Shown: positions 37,750 to 51,300 of the stretch, in pieces
How the letters are laid out: every line of letters starts with the position of its first letter
Position numbering within the stretch: position 1 is the stretch's first letter
Notes under the pieces: model-generated
What the model was told of the DNA's origin: nothing
Seen by the model: the letters and a program-made list of their open reading frames with translations, nothing else
Database searches by the model: none
NCBI GenBank assembly: GCA_964016885.1
Contig: OZ024742.1
Span: 338,954,001 to 339,018,000 of the forward strand
Direction of reading: 5' to 3'
Source of the DNA: Eledone cirrhosa
Taxonomy: Eukaryota
Length of the DNA: 64,000 bases
Program-made: the position numbers and the translations under genes

Positions 37750-40700
37750 TAATGATAAGGTCCCTAGTAGTCCCATGTTTTATGGTGTCTTAATGATAAG
37801 GTCTATAGTAGTCCCATGTTTTATAGTCTCCTAACGATAAGGTCTCTAGTAGTCCCATGTGTTATAGTGTCCTAATGATAAGGTCTCTAGTAATCCCATG
37901 TTTTATAGTGTCCTAATTATAAGGTCCCTAGTAGTCCCATGTTTTATGGTGTCTTAATGATAAGGTCTAGAGTAGTCCCATGTTTTATAGTCTCCTAATG
38001 ATAAGGTCTCTTGTAGTCCCATGTGTTATAGTGTCCTAATGATAAGGTCTCTTGTAATCCCATGTTTTATAGTGTCCTAATGATAAGGTTTCTAGTAGTA
38101 TCAAGTTTTATGCTGTCCTAATGATAAGGTTTCTAGTAGTCCCATGTTTTATGTCCTTAATGATAGGGTCTCTAGTAGTCCCATGTTTATGGTGTCCTAA
38201 TGATGAGGTTTCTAGTAGTCCCATGTTTTATGGTGTCATAATGTTAAGTTTTCTATTACTCCCATGTTTTATATGGTGTCCTAATAATAAGGTCTGTAGT
38301 AGTCCCATGATTTATGGTGTCCTAATGATAAGGTTTCTAGTAGTCCCATGTTTTATAGTGTCCTAATGATAAGCTCTCTAGTAATCCCATGTTTTATAGT
38401 GTCCTAATGATAAGGTTTCTAGTAGTATAAGTTTTATCCTAATGATAAGGTTTCTAGTAGTCCCATGTTATATATCCTTAATGATAGAGTCTCTAGTAGT
38501 CCCATGTTTTATGGTGTCCTAATGATAAGGTCCCTAGTAGTATCATGTTTTATGGTGTCCTAATGATAAGGTCTCTAGTAGTTCCATGTTTCATGGTGCA
38601 CTAATGATAAGGTCCCTAGTAGTATCATCTTTTATATGGTGTCCTAATGATAAGGTTTCTAGTAGTCCCATGTTTTATGGTGTCCTAAGGATAGGGTCTG
38701 TAGTAGACCCATGTTTTATGGTGTCCTAATGATAAGGTTTCTAGTATTCCCATGTTTTATCTCCTAATGATAGGGTCTCTAGTAGTCCCATGTTTTATGG
38801 GGTTCTAATGATAAGGTCCCTAGTAGTATCATCTTTTGTATGGTGTCCAAATGATAAGGTCTCTAGTAGTCCCATGTTATATGGTGTCCTAATGATAAGG
38901 TCTACAATAGTCCCATGTTTTATGGTGTCCTAATGATAAGGTCTCTAGTATTATCATGTTTTATGGTGTCCTAATTATAAGGTCTCTAATAGTCCTATGT
39001 TTTATGGCGTCCTTATGATAAGGTCCCAAGTAGTATCATGTTTTATATGGTGTCCTAATGATAAGGTCTCCAGCAGTCCCATGTTTTATGGTGTCCTAAT
39101 GATAAGGGCCCTAGTAGTATCATGTTTTATAGGGTGTTCTAATGATAAGGTCTGTAGTAGTGCCATGTTTTATGGTGTCCTAATGATAACGTTTCTTGTA
39201 GTCCCATGTTTTATGGTGTCCTAATGATAAGGTTTCTAGTAGTCCCATGTTTTATGGTGTCCTAATGATAAGGTTTCTAGTAGTCCCATGTTTTATGGTG
39301 TCCTAATGGTAGGATCTGTAGTCGTCCCATGTTTTATGGTGTTCTGATGATAAGGTCCCTAGTAGTATCATGTTTTATATTGTGTCCTAATGATAAGGTC
39401 TGTAGTAGTCCCATGTTTTATGGTGTCCTAATGATAAGGTTTCTAGTAGTCCCATGTTTTATGGTGTCCTAATGATAAGGTTTCTAGTAGTCCCATGTTT
39501 TATGGTGTCCTAAAGATAGGATCTGTAGTCGTCCCATGTTTTATAGTGTCCTAATGATAAGGTCTCTAGTAATCCCATGTTTTATAGTGTCCTAATGATA
39601 AGGTCTCTAGTAGTATCAAGTTTTATGGTGTCCTAATGATAAGGTCCCTAGTAGTCCCATGTTATATGTGGTGTTCTAATGATAAGGTCCCTAGTAGTAT
39701 CATCTTTTATATGGTGTCCTAATGATAAGGTTTCTAGTAGTCCCATGTTTTATGGTGTCCTAATGATAGGGTCTCTAGTAGTCCCATGTTTTATGGTGTC
39801 CTAATGATAAGGTCCCTAGTTGTATCATGTTTTATATGGTGTTCCAATGATAAGGTCTGTAGTAGTCCCATGTTTTATGGTGTCCTAATGATAATGTTTC
39901 TAGTAGTCCTATGTTTTATGGTGTCCTAATGATAAGGTTTCTAGTAGTCCCATATTTTATGGTGACCTAATGATAAGGTACCTATTAGTATCAGGTTTTA
40001 TATGGTGTCCTAATGATAAGGTCTCCAGTAGTCCCATGTTTTATGGTGTCCTAATGATAAGGTCCATAGTAGTATCATGTTTTATAGGGTGTTCTAATGA
40101 TGAGGTCTGTAGTAGTCCCATGTTTTATGGTGTCCTAATGATAAGGTTTATAGTAGTCCCATGTTTTATGATGTCCTAATGATAAGGTCTCTAGTAGTCC
40201 CATGTTTTATGGTGTCCTAATGATAAGGTTCCTAGTAGTCCCATCTTTTATGGTGTCCTAATGATAGGTCTGTATTCGTCCCATGTTTTATGGTGTCCTA
40301 ATGATAAGGTCTCTAGTAGTATCATGTTTTATGGGGTCCTAATGATAAGGTCCCTAGTAGTCCCATATTTTATAGTGTCCTAATTATAAGGTCACTAGTA
40401 GTATCATGTTTTATATGGCGTCCTAATGATAAGGTCTCTAGTAGTATCAAGATTTATGGTGTCCTAATGATAAGGTCCCTAGTAGTTCCATGTTTTATGG
40501 TGTCTTAATGATAAGGTCTATAGTAGTCCCATGTTTTATAGTCTCCTAACGATAAGGTCTCTAGTAGTCCCATGTGTTATAGTGTCCTAATGATAAGGTC
40601 TCTAGTAATCCCATGTTTTATAGTGTCCTAATGATAAGGTCCCTAGTAGTCCCATGTTTTATGGTGTCTTAATGATAAGGTCTAGAGTAGTCCCATGTTT

Positions 40701-41760
40701 TATAGTCTCCTAATGATAAGGTCTCTTGTAGTCCCATGTGTTATAGTGTCCTAATGATAAGGTCTCTAGTAATCCCATGTTTTATAGTGTCCTAATGATA
40801 AGGTTTCTAGTAGTATCAAGTTTCATGCTGTCCTAATGATAAGGTTTCTAGTAGTCCCATGTTTTATGTCCTTAATTATAGGGTCTCTAGTAGTCCCATG
40901 TTTATGGTGTCCTAATGATGAGGTTTCTAGTAGTCCCATGTTTTATGGTGTCATAATGTTAAGTTTTCTATTACTCCCATGTTTTGTATGGTGTCCTAAT
41001 AATAAGGTCTGCAGTAGTCCCATGATTTATGGTGTCCTAATGATAAGGTTTCTAGTAGTCCCATGTTTTATAGTGTCCTAATGATAAGCTCTCTAGTAAT
41101 CCCAAGTTTTATAGTGTCCTAATGATAAGGTTTCTAGTAGTATCAAGTTTTATCCTAATGATAAGGTTTCTAGTAGTCCCATGTTATATATCCTTAATGA
41201 TAGAGTCTCTAGTAGTCCCATGTTTTATGGTGTCCTAATGATAAGGTCCCTAGTAGTATCATGTTTTATGGTGTCCTTATGATAAGGTCTCTAGTAGTTC
41301 CATGTTTCATGGTGCACTAATGATAAGATCCCTAGTAGTATCATCTTTTATATGGTGTCCTAATGATAAGGTTTCTAGTAGTCCCATTTTTTATGGTGTC
41401 CTAAGGATAGGGTCTGTAGTAGACCCATGTTTTATGGTGTCCTAATGATAAGGTTTCTAGTATTCCCATGTTTTATCTCCTAATGATAGGGTCTCTAGTA
41501 GTCCCATGTTTTATGGGGTTCTAATGATAAGGTCCCTAGGAGTATCATCTTTTGTATGGTGTCCAAATGATAAGGTCTCTAGTAGTCCCATGTTATATGG
41601 TGTCCTAATGATAAGGTCTACAATAGTCCCATGTTTTATGGTGTCCTAATGATAAGGTCTCTAGTATTATCATGTTTTATGGTGTCCTAATGATAAGGTC
41701 TCTAATAGTCCTATGTTTTATGGCGTCCTTATGATAAGGTCCCAAGTAGTATCATGTTTT
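37750..41760 (+). repeat. Block duplication with 2715-bp offset (~37750-39050 vs ~40465-41760), derived from the 2.9-kb HOR family
   Basis: Landmarks 38121/40836. Shared rare variants include GGTCTACAATAG, TCAAGTTT(T/C)ATGCTGTCC and GGTCTCTTGTAGTCCCATGTG. Confidence 0.8.
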
Positions 41761-44700
41761 ATAGGGTTTCTAATGATAAGGTCTGTAGTAGTGCCATGTT
41801 TTATGGTGTCCTAATGATAACGTTTCTTGTAGTCCCATGTTTTATGGTGTCCTAATGATAAGGTTTCTAGTAGTCCCATGTTTTATGGTGTCCTAATGAT
41901 AAGGTTTCTAGTAGTCCCATGTTTTATGGTGTCCTAATGATAGGATCTGTAGTCGTCCCATGTTTTATGGTGTTCTAATGATAAGGTCCCTAGTAGTATC
42001 ATGTTTTATATGGTGTCCTAATGATAAGGTCTGTAGTAGTCCCATGTTTTATGGTGTCCTAATGATAAGGTTTCTAGTAGTTCCATGTTTTATGGTGTCC
42101 TAATGATAAGGTTTCTAGTAGTCCCATGTTTTATGGTGTCCTAATGATAGGATCTGTAGTCGTCCCATGTTTTATAGTGTCCTAATGATAAGGTCTCTAG
42201 TAATCCCATGTTTTATAGTGACCTAATGATAAGGTCTCTAGTAGTATCAAGTTTTATGGTGTCCTAATGATAAGGTCGCTAGTAGTCCCATGTTTTATGG
42301 TGTCTTAATGATAAGGTCTATAGTAGTCCCATGTTTTATAGTCTCCTAATGATAAGGTCTCTAGTAGTCCCATGTGTTATAGTGTCCTAATGATAAGGTC
42401 TCTAGTAATCCCATGTTTTATAGTGTCCTAATGATAAGGTTTCTAGTAGTTACATGTTTTATGGTGTCTTAATGATAAGGTCTATAGTAGTCCCATGTTT
42501 TATAGTCTCCTAATGATAAGGTCTCTAGTAGTCCCATGTGTTATAGTGTCCTAATGATAAGGTCCCTAGTAGTATCATGTTTTATATGGTGTCCTAATGA
42601 TAAGGTTTCTAGTAATCCCATGTTTTATAGTGTCCTAATGATAAGGTCCCTAGTAGTCCCATGTTTTATGGTGTCTTAATGATAAGGTCTATAGTAGTCC
42701 CATGTTTTATAGTCTCCTAATGATAAGGTCTCTAGTAGTCCCATGTGTTATAGTGTCCTAATGATAAGGTCTCTAGTAATCCCATGTTTTATAGTGTCCT
42801 AATGATAAGGTCCCTAGTAGTCCCATGTTTTATGGTGTCTTAATGATAAGGTCTATAGTAGTCCCATGTTTTATAGTCTCCTAATGATAAGGTCTCTAGT
42901 AGTCCCATGTGTTATAGTGTCCTAATGATAAGGTCTCTAGTAATCCCATGTTTTATAGTGTCCTAATGATAAGGTTTCTAGTAGTATCAAGTTTTATGGT
43001 GTCCTAATGATAAGGCTTCTAGTAGTCCCATGTTTTATGTCCTTAATGAGAGGGTCTCTAGTAGTCCCATGTTTTATGGTGTCCTAATGATGAGGTTTCT
43101 AGTAGTCCCATGTTTTATGGTGTCATAATGTTAAGTTTTCTATTACTCCCATGTTTTATATGGTGTCCTAATAATAAGGTCTGTAGTAGTCCCATGATTT
43201 ATGGTGTCCTAATGATAAGGTTTCTAGAAGTCCCATGTTTTATAGTGTCCTAATGATAAGCTCTCTAGTAATCCCATGTTTTATAGTGTCCTAATGATAA
43301 GGTTTCTAGTAGTATCAAGTTTTATCTTAATGATAAGGTTTCTAGTAGTCCCATATTATATATCCTTAATGATAGGGTCTCTAGTAGTCCCATGTTTTAT
43401 GGTGTCCTAATGATAAGGTCCCTAATAGTATCATGTTTTATGGTGTCCTAATGATAAGGTCTCTAGTAGTTCCATGTTTCATGGTGCCCTAATGATAAGG
43501 TCCCTAGTAGTATCATCTTTTATATGGTGTCCTAATGATAAGGTTTCTAGTAGTCCCATGTTTTATGGTGTCCTAATGATAGGGTCTCTAGTAGTCCCAT
43601 GTTTTATGGTGTCCTAATCATAAGGTTTCTATTAGTATCATGTTTTAAGTGGTGTTCTAATGATAAGGGCCCTAGTAGTATCATCTTTTATATGGTGTCC
43701 TAATGATAAGGTTTCTAGTAGTCCCATGTTTTATGGTGTCCTAGTGATAAGGTCCCTAGTATTATCATGTTTTATATGGTGTTCTAATGATAAGGTCTGT
43801 AGTAGTCCCATGTTTTCTGGTGTCCTAATGATAAGGTTTCTAGTAGTCCCATGTTTTATGGTGTCCTAATGATAAGGTTTCTAGTAGTCCCATATTTTAT
43901 GGTGTCCTAATGTTAAGGTTTCTGGTAGTCCCATGTTTTATGCTGTCCTAATGATAGGGTCTCTGGTAGTCCCATGTTTTATGGTGTTTTAATGATAAGG
44001 TCCCTTGTAGTCCCATGTTTTATGGTTTCCTAATGATAAGGTTTCTAGTAGTCCCATGTTTTATATTGTGTCCTAATGATAAGGTCTGTAGTAGACCCAT
44101 GTTTTATGGTGTCCTAATGATAAGGTTTCTAGTATTCCCATGTTTTATCTCCTAATGATAGGGTCTCTAGTAGTCCCATGTTTTATGGGGTTCTAATGAT
44201 AAGGTCCCTAGTAGTATCATCTTTTGTATGGTGACCTAATGATAAGGTCTGTAGTAGTCCCATGTTTTATGGTGTCCTAATCATAGGGTCTTTAGTAGTC
44301 CCATGTTTTATGGTGTCTAAATGATAAGGTCTCTAGTAGTCCCATGTTTTATGGTGTCCTAATGATAAGGTCTCTAGTAGTCCCATGTTTTATGGTGTCC
44401 TAATGATAAGGTCTCTAGTATTATCATGTTTTATGGTGTCCTAATGATAAGGTCTCTAATAGTCCTATGTTTTATGGCGTCCTTATGATAAGGTCCCGAG
44501 TAGTATCATGTTTTATATGGTGTCCTAATGATAAGGTCTCCAGCAGACCCATGTTTTATGGTGTCCTAATGATAAGGTCCCTAGTAGAATCATGTTTTAT
44601 AGGGTGTTCTAATGATAAGGTCTGTAGTAGTCCCATGTTTTATGGTGTCCTAATGATAACGTTTCTTGTAGTCCCATGTTTTATGGTGTCCTAATGATAA

Positions 44701-45380
44701 GGTTTCTAGTAGTCCCATGTTTTATGGTGTCCTAATGATAAGCTTTCTAGTAGTCCCATGTTTTATGGTGTCCTAATGATAGGATCTGTAGTCGTCCCAT
44801 GATTTATGGTGTTCTAATGATAAGGTCCCTAGTAGTATCATGTTTTATATTGTGTCCTAACGATAAAGTCTGTAGTAGTCCCATGTTTTATGGTGTCCTA
44901 ATGATAAGGTTTCTAGTAGTCCCATGTTTTATGGTGTCCTAATGATAAGGTTTCTAGTAGTCCCATGTTTTATGGTGTCCTAATGATAGGATCTGTAGTC
45001 GTCCCATGTTTTATAGTGTCCTAATGAAAAGGTCTCTAGTAGTATCAAGTTTTATGGTGTCCTAATGATAAGGTCCCTAGTAGTCCCATGTTTTATGGTG
45101 ATTAATGATAAGGTCTATAGTAGTCCCATGTTTTATAGTGTCCTAATGATAAGGTCTCTAGTAGTCCCATGTTTTATAGTGTCCTAATGATAAGGTCTCT
45201 AGTAATCCCATGTTTTATAGTGTCCTAATGATAAGGTTTCTAGTAGTATCAAGTTTTATGGTGTCCTAATGATAAGGTTTCTAGTAGTCCCATGTTTTAT
45301 GTCCTTAATGATAGGGTCTCTAGTAGTCCCATGTTTTATGGTGTCCTAATGATAAGGTCCCTAGTAGTATCATGTTTTAC

Positions 45381-48300
45381 GGTGTCCTAATGATAAGGTC
45401 TCTAGTAGTTCCATGTTTCATGGTGCCCTAATGATAAGGTCCCTAGTAGTATCATCTTTTATATGGTGTCCTAATGATAAGGTCTGTAGAAGTCCCATGT
45501 TTTATGGTGTCCTAATGATAAGGTTTCTAGTAGTCCTATGTTTTATGGTGTCCTAATGATAAGGTTTCTAGTAATACCATATTTTATGGTGACCTAATGA
45601 TAAGGTTTCTAGTAGTCCCATTTTTATGCTGTCCTAATGATAGGGTCTCTAGTAGCCCCATGCTTTATGGTGTTCTAATGATAAGGTCCCTAGTAGTCCC
45701 ATGTTTTATGGTGTCCTAATGATAAGGTTCCTAGTAGTCCCATGTTTTATCTCCTAATGATAAGGTCTGTAGTAGTCCCATTTTTTATGGTGCCCTAATG
45801 ATAGGGTCTGTAGTCGTCCCATGTTTTATGGTGTCCTAATGATAAGGTCTCTAGTAGTATCATGTTTTATGGGGTCCTAATGATAAGGTCCCGAGTAGTC
45901 CCATATTTTGTGGTGTCCTAATGATAAGGTCACTAGTAGTATCATGTTTTATATGGTGTCCTAATGATAAGGTCTCTAGTAGTATTATGTATATGGTGTC
46001 CTAATGAAAAGGTCTCTAGTAGTCCCATGTTTTATGGTGTCCTAATGATAGGGTCTCCAGTAGTCCCTTGTTTTATGGCGTCCTAATGATAAGGTCACTA
46101 GTAGTATCATGTTTTATATGGTGTCCTAATGATAAGGTCTCCAGTAGTCCCATGTTTTATGGTGTCCTAATGATAAGGTCTCTAGTAGTCCCATGTTTTA
46201 TGGTATCTTAATTATAAGGTCTCTAGTAGTCCCATGTTTTATGGTGTCCTAATGATAAGGTCCCTAGTAGTATCATGTTTTATATGGTGTTCTAATGATA
46301 AGGTCTGTAGTAGTCCCATGTTTTATGGTGTCCTAATGATAAGGTTTCTAGTAGTCCCCTGTTTTATGGTGTCCTAATGATAAGGTTTCTAGTAGTCCCA
46401 TGTTTTATGGTGTCCTAATGATAAGGTTTTTAGTAGTCCCATATTTTATGGTGTCCTAATGATATGGTTTCTAGTAGTCCCATGTTTTATGCTGTCCTAA
46501 TGATAGGGTCTCTAGTAGTCCCATGTTTATGGTGTTCTAATGATAAGGTCCCTAGTAGTCCCATGTTTTATGGTTTCCTAATGATAAGTTTTCTAGTAGT
46601 CCCATGTTTTATATGGTGTCCTAATGATAAGGTCTGTAGTAGTCCCATGTTTTATGGTGTCCTAATGATAAGGTTTCTAGTAGTCCCATGTTTTATCTCC
46701 TAATGATAGGGTCTCTAGTAGTCCCATGTTTTATGGGGTTCTAATGATAAGGTCCCTTGTAGTATCATCTTTTGTATGGTGTCCTAATGATAAGGTCTGT
46801 AGTAGTCCCATGTTTTATGGTGTTCTAATCATAGGGTCTTTAGTAGTCCCATGTTTTTTGGTGTCCAAATGATAAGGTCTCTAGTAGTCCCATGTTTTAT
46901 GGTGTCCTAATGATAAGGTCTCTAGTAGTCCCATGTTTTATGGTGTCCTAATGATAAGGTCTCTAGTATTATCATGTTTTATGGTGTCCTAATGATAAGG
47001 TCTCTAATAGTCCTATGTTTTATGGCGTCCTTATGATAAGGTCCCGAGTAGTATCATGTTTTATAGGGTGTTCTAATGATAAGGTCTGTAGTAGTCCCAT
47101 GTTTTATGGTGTCCTAATGATAACGTTTCTTGTAGTCCCATGTTTTATGGTGTCCTAATGATAAGGTTTCTAGTAGTCCCATGTTTTATGGTGTCCTAAT
47201 GATAAGGTTTCTAGTAGTCCCATGTTTTATGGTGTCCTAATGATAGGATCTGTAGTCGTCCCATGTTTTATGGTGTTCTGATGATAAGGTCCCTAGTAGT
47301 ATCATGTTTTATATTGTGTCCTAATGATAAGGTCTGTAGTAGTCCCATGTTTTATGGTGTCCTAATGATAAGGTTTCTAGTAGTCCCATGTTTTATGGTG
47401 TCCTAATGATAAGGTTTCTAGTAGTCCCATGTTTTATGGTGTCCTAATGATAGGATCTGTAGTCGTCCCATGTTTTATAGTGTCCTAATGATAAGGTCTC
47501 TAGTAATCCCATGTTTTATAGTGTCCTAATGATAAGGTCTCTAGTAGTATCAAGTTTTATGGTGTCCTAATGATAAGGTCCCTAGTAGTCCCATGTTATA
47601 TGTGGTGTTCTAATGATAAGGTCCCTAGTAGTATCATCTTTTATATGGTGTCCTAATGATAAGGTTTCTAGTAGTCCCATGTTTTATGGTGTCCTAATGA
47701 TAGGGTCTCTAGTAGTCCCATGTTTTATGGTGTCCTAATGATAAGGTCCCTAGTTGTATCATGTTTTATATGGTGTTCTAATGATAAGGTCTGTAGTAGT
47801 CCCATGTTTTATGGTGTCCTAATGATAAGGTTTCTAGTAGTCCTATGTTTTATGGTGTCCTAATGATAAGGTTTCTAGTAGTCCCATATTTTATGGTGAC
47901 CTAATGATAAGGTACCTAGTAGTATCAGGTTTTATATGGTGTCCTAATGATAAGGTCTCCAGTAGTCCCATGTTTTATGGTGTCCTAATGATAAGGTCCC
48001 TAGTAGTATCATGTTTTATAGGGTGTTCTAATGATAGGGTCTGTAGTAGTCCCATGTTTTATGGTGTTCTAATGATAGGGTCTGTAGTAGTCCCATGTTT
48101 TATGGTGTTCTAATGATAAGGTCTCCAGTAGTCCCATGTTTTATGGTGTCCTAATGATAAGGTCTTTAGTGGTATCATGTTTTATGATGTCCTCATTATA
48201 AGGTCTCTAGTAGTTCCATCTTTTATGGTATCCTAATGATAAGGTCTCTAGTAGTCCCATGTTTTATTGTGTCCTAATGATAAGGTCCCTAGTAGTCCCA

Positions 48301-51300
48301 TATTATATGGTGTCCTAATGATAAGGTCCCTAGTAGTATCATGTTTTATAGGGTGTCCTAATGATAAGGTCTCTAGTAGTCCCATGTTTTATGGTGTCCT
48401 AATGATAAGGTCTGTAGTAGTCACATGTTTTATGGTGTCCTAATGATAAGGTCCCTAGTAGTATCATGTTTTATATGGTGTACTAATGATAAAGTCTCCA
48501 GCAGTCCCATGTTTTATGGTGTCCTAATGATAAGGTCCCTAGTAGTATCATGTTCTATGGTGTCCTAATGATAAAGTCTCTAATAGTCCCATGTTTTATG
48601 GTGTTCTAATGATAAGGTCTCTAGTAGTCCCATGTTTTATGGTGTTCTAATGATAAGGTCCCTATTAGTATTATGTTTTATCGTGTCCTAATGATAAGGT
48701 CTCTAGTAGTCCCATCTTTTATGGTGTCCTAATGATAAGGTCTCTAGTAGTCCCATGTTTTATGGTGTCCTAATGATAAGGTTTCTAGTAGTCCCAAGTG
48801 TTATGGTGTCCTAATGATAAGGTCTCTAGTAGTCCCATCTTTTATGGTGTCCTAATTATAAGGTCTCTAGTAGTCCCATGTTTTATGGTGTCCTAATGAT
48901 AATATCTCTAGCAATATCATGTTTTATGGTGTCCTAATGATAAGGTCTCTTGTAGTCCCATGTTTTATGGTGTCCTAATTATAAGGTCTCTAGTAGTCCC
49001 ATGTTTTATGGTGTCCTAATGATAATATCTCTAGCAATATCATGTTTTATGGTGTCCTAATGATAAGGTCTCTAGTAGTCCCATCTTTTATGGTGTCCTA
49101 ATGATAAGGTCTCTAGTATTCCCATGTTTTATGGTGTCCTAATGATAAGGTCTCTAGTAGTTCCATGTTTCATGGTGCCCTAATGATAAGGTCCCTAGTA
49201 GTATCATCTTTTATATGGTGTCCTAATGATAAGGTCTGTAGAAGTCCCATGTTTTATGGTGTCCTAATGATAAGGTTTCTAGTAGTCCTATGTTTTATGG
49301 TGTCCTAATGATAAGGTTTCTAGTAATACCATATTTTATGGTGACCTAATGATAAGGTTTCTAGTAGTCCCATTTTTATGCTGTCCTAATGATAGGGTCT
49401 CTAGTAGCCCCATGCTTTATGGTGTTCTAATGATAAGGTCCCTAGTAGTCCCATGTTTTATGGTGTCCTAATGATAAGGTTCCTAGTAGTCCCATGTTTT
49501 ATCTCCTAATGATAAGGTCTGTAGTAGTCCCATTTTTTATGGTGCCCTAATGATAGGGTCTGTAGTCGTCCCATGTTTTATGGTGTCCTAATGATAAGGT
49601 CTCTAGTAGTATCATGTTTTATGGGGTCCTAATGATAAGGTCCCGAGTAGTCCCATATTTTGTGGTGTCCTAATGATAAGGTCACTAGTAGTATCATGTT
49701 TTATATGGTGTCCTAATGATAAGGTCTCTAGTAGTATTATGTTATATGGTGTCCTAATGAAAAGGTCTCTAGTAGTCCCATGTTTTATGGTGTCCTAATG
49801 ATAGGGTCTCCAGTAGTCCCTTGTTTTATGGCGTCCTAATGATAAGGTCACTAGTAGTATCATGTTTTATATGGTGTCCTAATGATAAGGTCTCCAGTAG
49901 TCCCATGTTTTATGGTGTCCTAATGATAAGGTCTCTAGTAGTCCCATGTTTTATGGTATCTTAATTATAAGGTCTCTAGTAGTCCCATGTTTTATGGTGT
50001 CCTAATGATAAGGTCCCTAGTAGTATCATGTTTTATATGGTGTTCTAATGATAAGGTCTGTAGTAGTCCCATGTTTTATGGTGTCCTAATGATAAGGTTT
50101 CTAGTAGTCCCCTGTTTTATGGTGTCCTAATGATAAGGTTTCTAGTAGTCCCATGTTTTATGGTGTCCTAATGATAAGGTTTCTAGTAGTCCCATATTTT
50201 ATGGTGTCCTAATGATATGGTTTCTAGTAGTCCCATGTTTTATGCTGTCCTAATGATAGGGTCTCTAGTAGTCCCATGTTTATGGTGTTCTAATGATAAG
50301 GTCCCTAGTAGTCCCATGTTTTATGGTTTCCTAATGATAAGTTTTCTAGTAGTCCCATGTTTTATATGGTGTCCTAATGATAAGGTCTGTAGTAGTCCCA
50401 TGTTTTATGGTGTCCTAATGATAAGGTTTCTAGTAGTCCCATGTTTTATCTCCTAATGATAGGGTCTCTAGTAGTCCCATGTTTTATGGGGTTCTAATGA
50501 TAAGGTCCCTTGTAGTATCATCTTTTGTATGGTGTCCTAATGATAAGGTCTGTAGTAGTCCCATGTTTATGGTGTTCTAATCATAGGGTCTTTAGTAGTC
50601 CCATGTTTTTTGGTGTCCAAATGATAAGGTCTCTAGTAGTCCCATGTTTTATGGTGTCCTAATGATAAGGTCTCTAGTAGTCCCATGTTTTATGGTGTCC
50701 TAATGATAAGGTCTCTAGTATTATCATGTTTTATGGTGTCCTAATGATAAGGTCTCTAATAGTCCTATGTTTTATGGCGTCCTTATGATAAGGTCCCGAG
50801 TAGTATCATGTTTTATAGGGTGTTCTAATGATAAGGTCTGTAGTAGTCCCATGTTTTATGGTGTCCTAATGATAACGTTTCTTGTAGTCCCATGTTTTAT
50901 GGTGTCCTAATGATAAGGTTTCTAGTAGTCCCATGTTTTATGGTGTCCTAATGATAAGGTTTCTAGTAGTCCCATGTTTTATGGTGTCCTAATGATAGGA
51001 TCTGTAGTCGTCCCATGTTTTATGGTGTTCTGATGATAAGGTCCCTAGTAGTATCATGTTTTATATTGTGTCCTAATGATAAGGTCTGTAGTAGTCCCAT
51101 GTTTTATGGTGTCCTAATGATAAGGTTTCTAGTAGTCCCATGTTTTATGGTGTCCTAATGATAAGGTTTCTAGTAGTCCCATGTTTTATGGTGTCCTAAT
51201 GATAGGATCTGTAGTCGTCCCATGTTTTATAGTGTCCTAATGATAAGGTCTCTAGTAATCCCATGTTTTATAGTGTCCTAATGATAAGGTCTCTAGTAGT

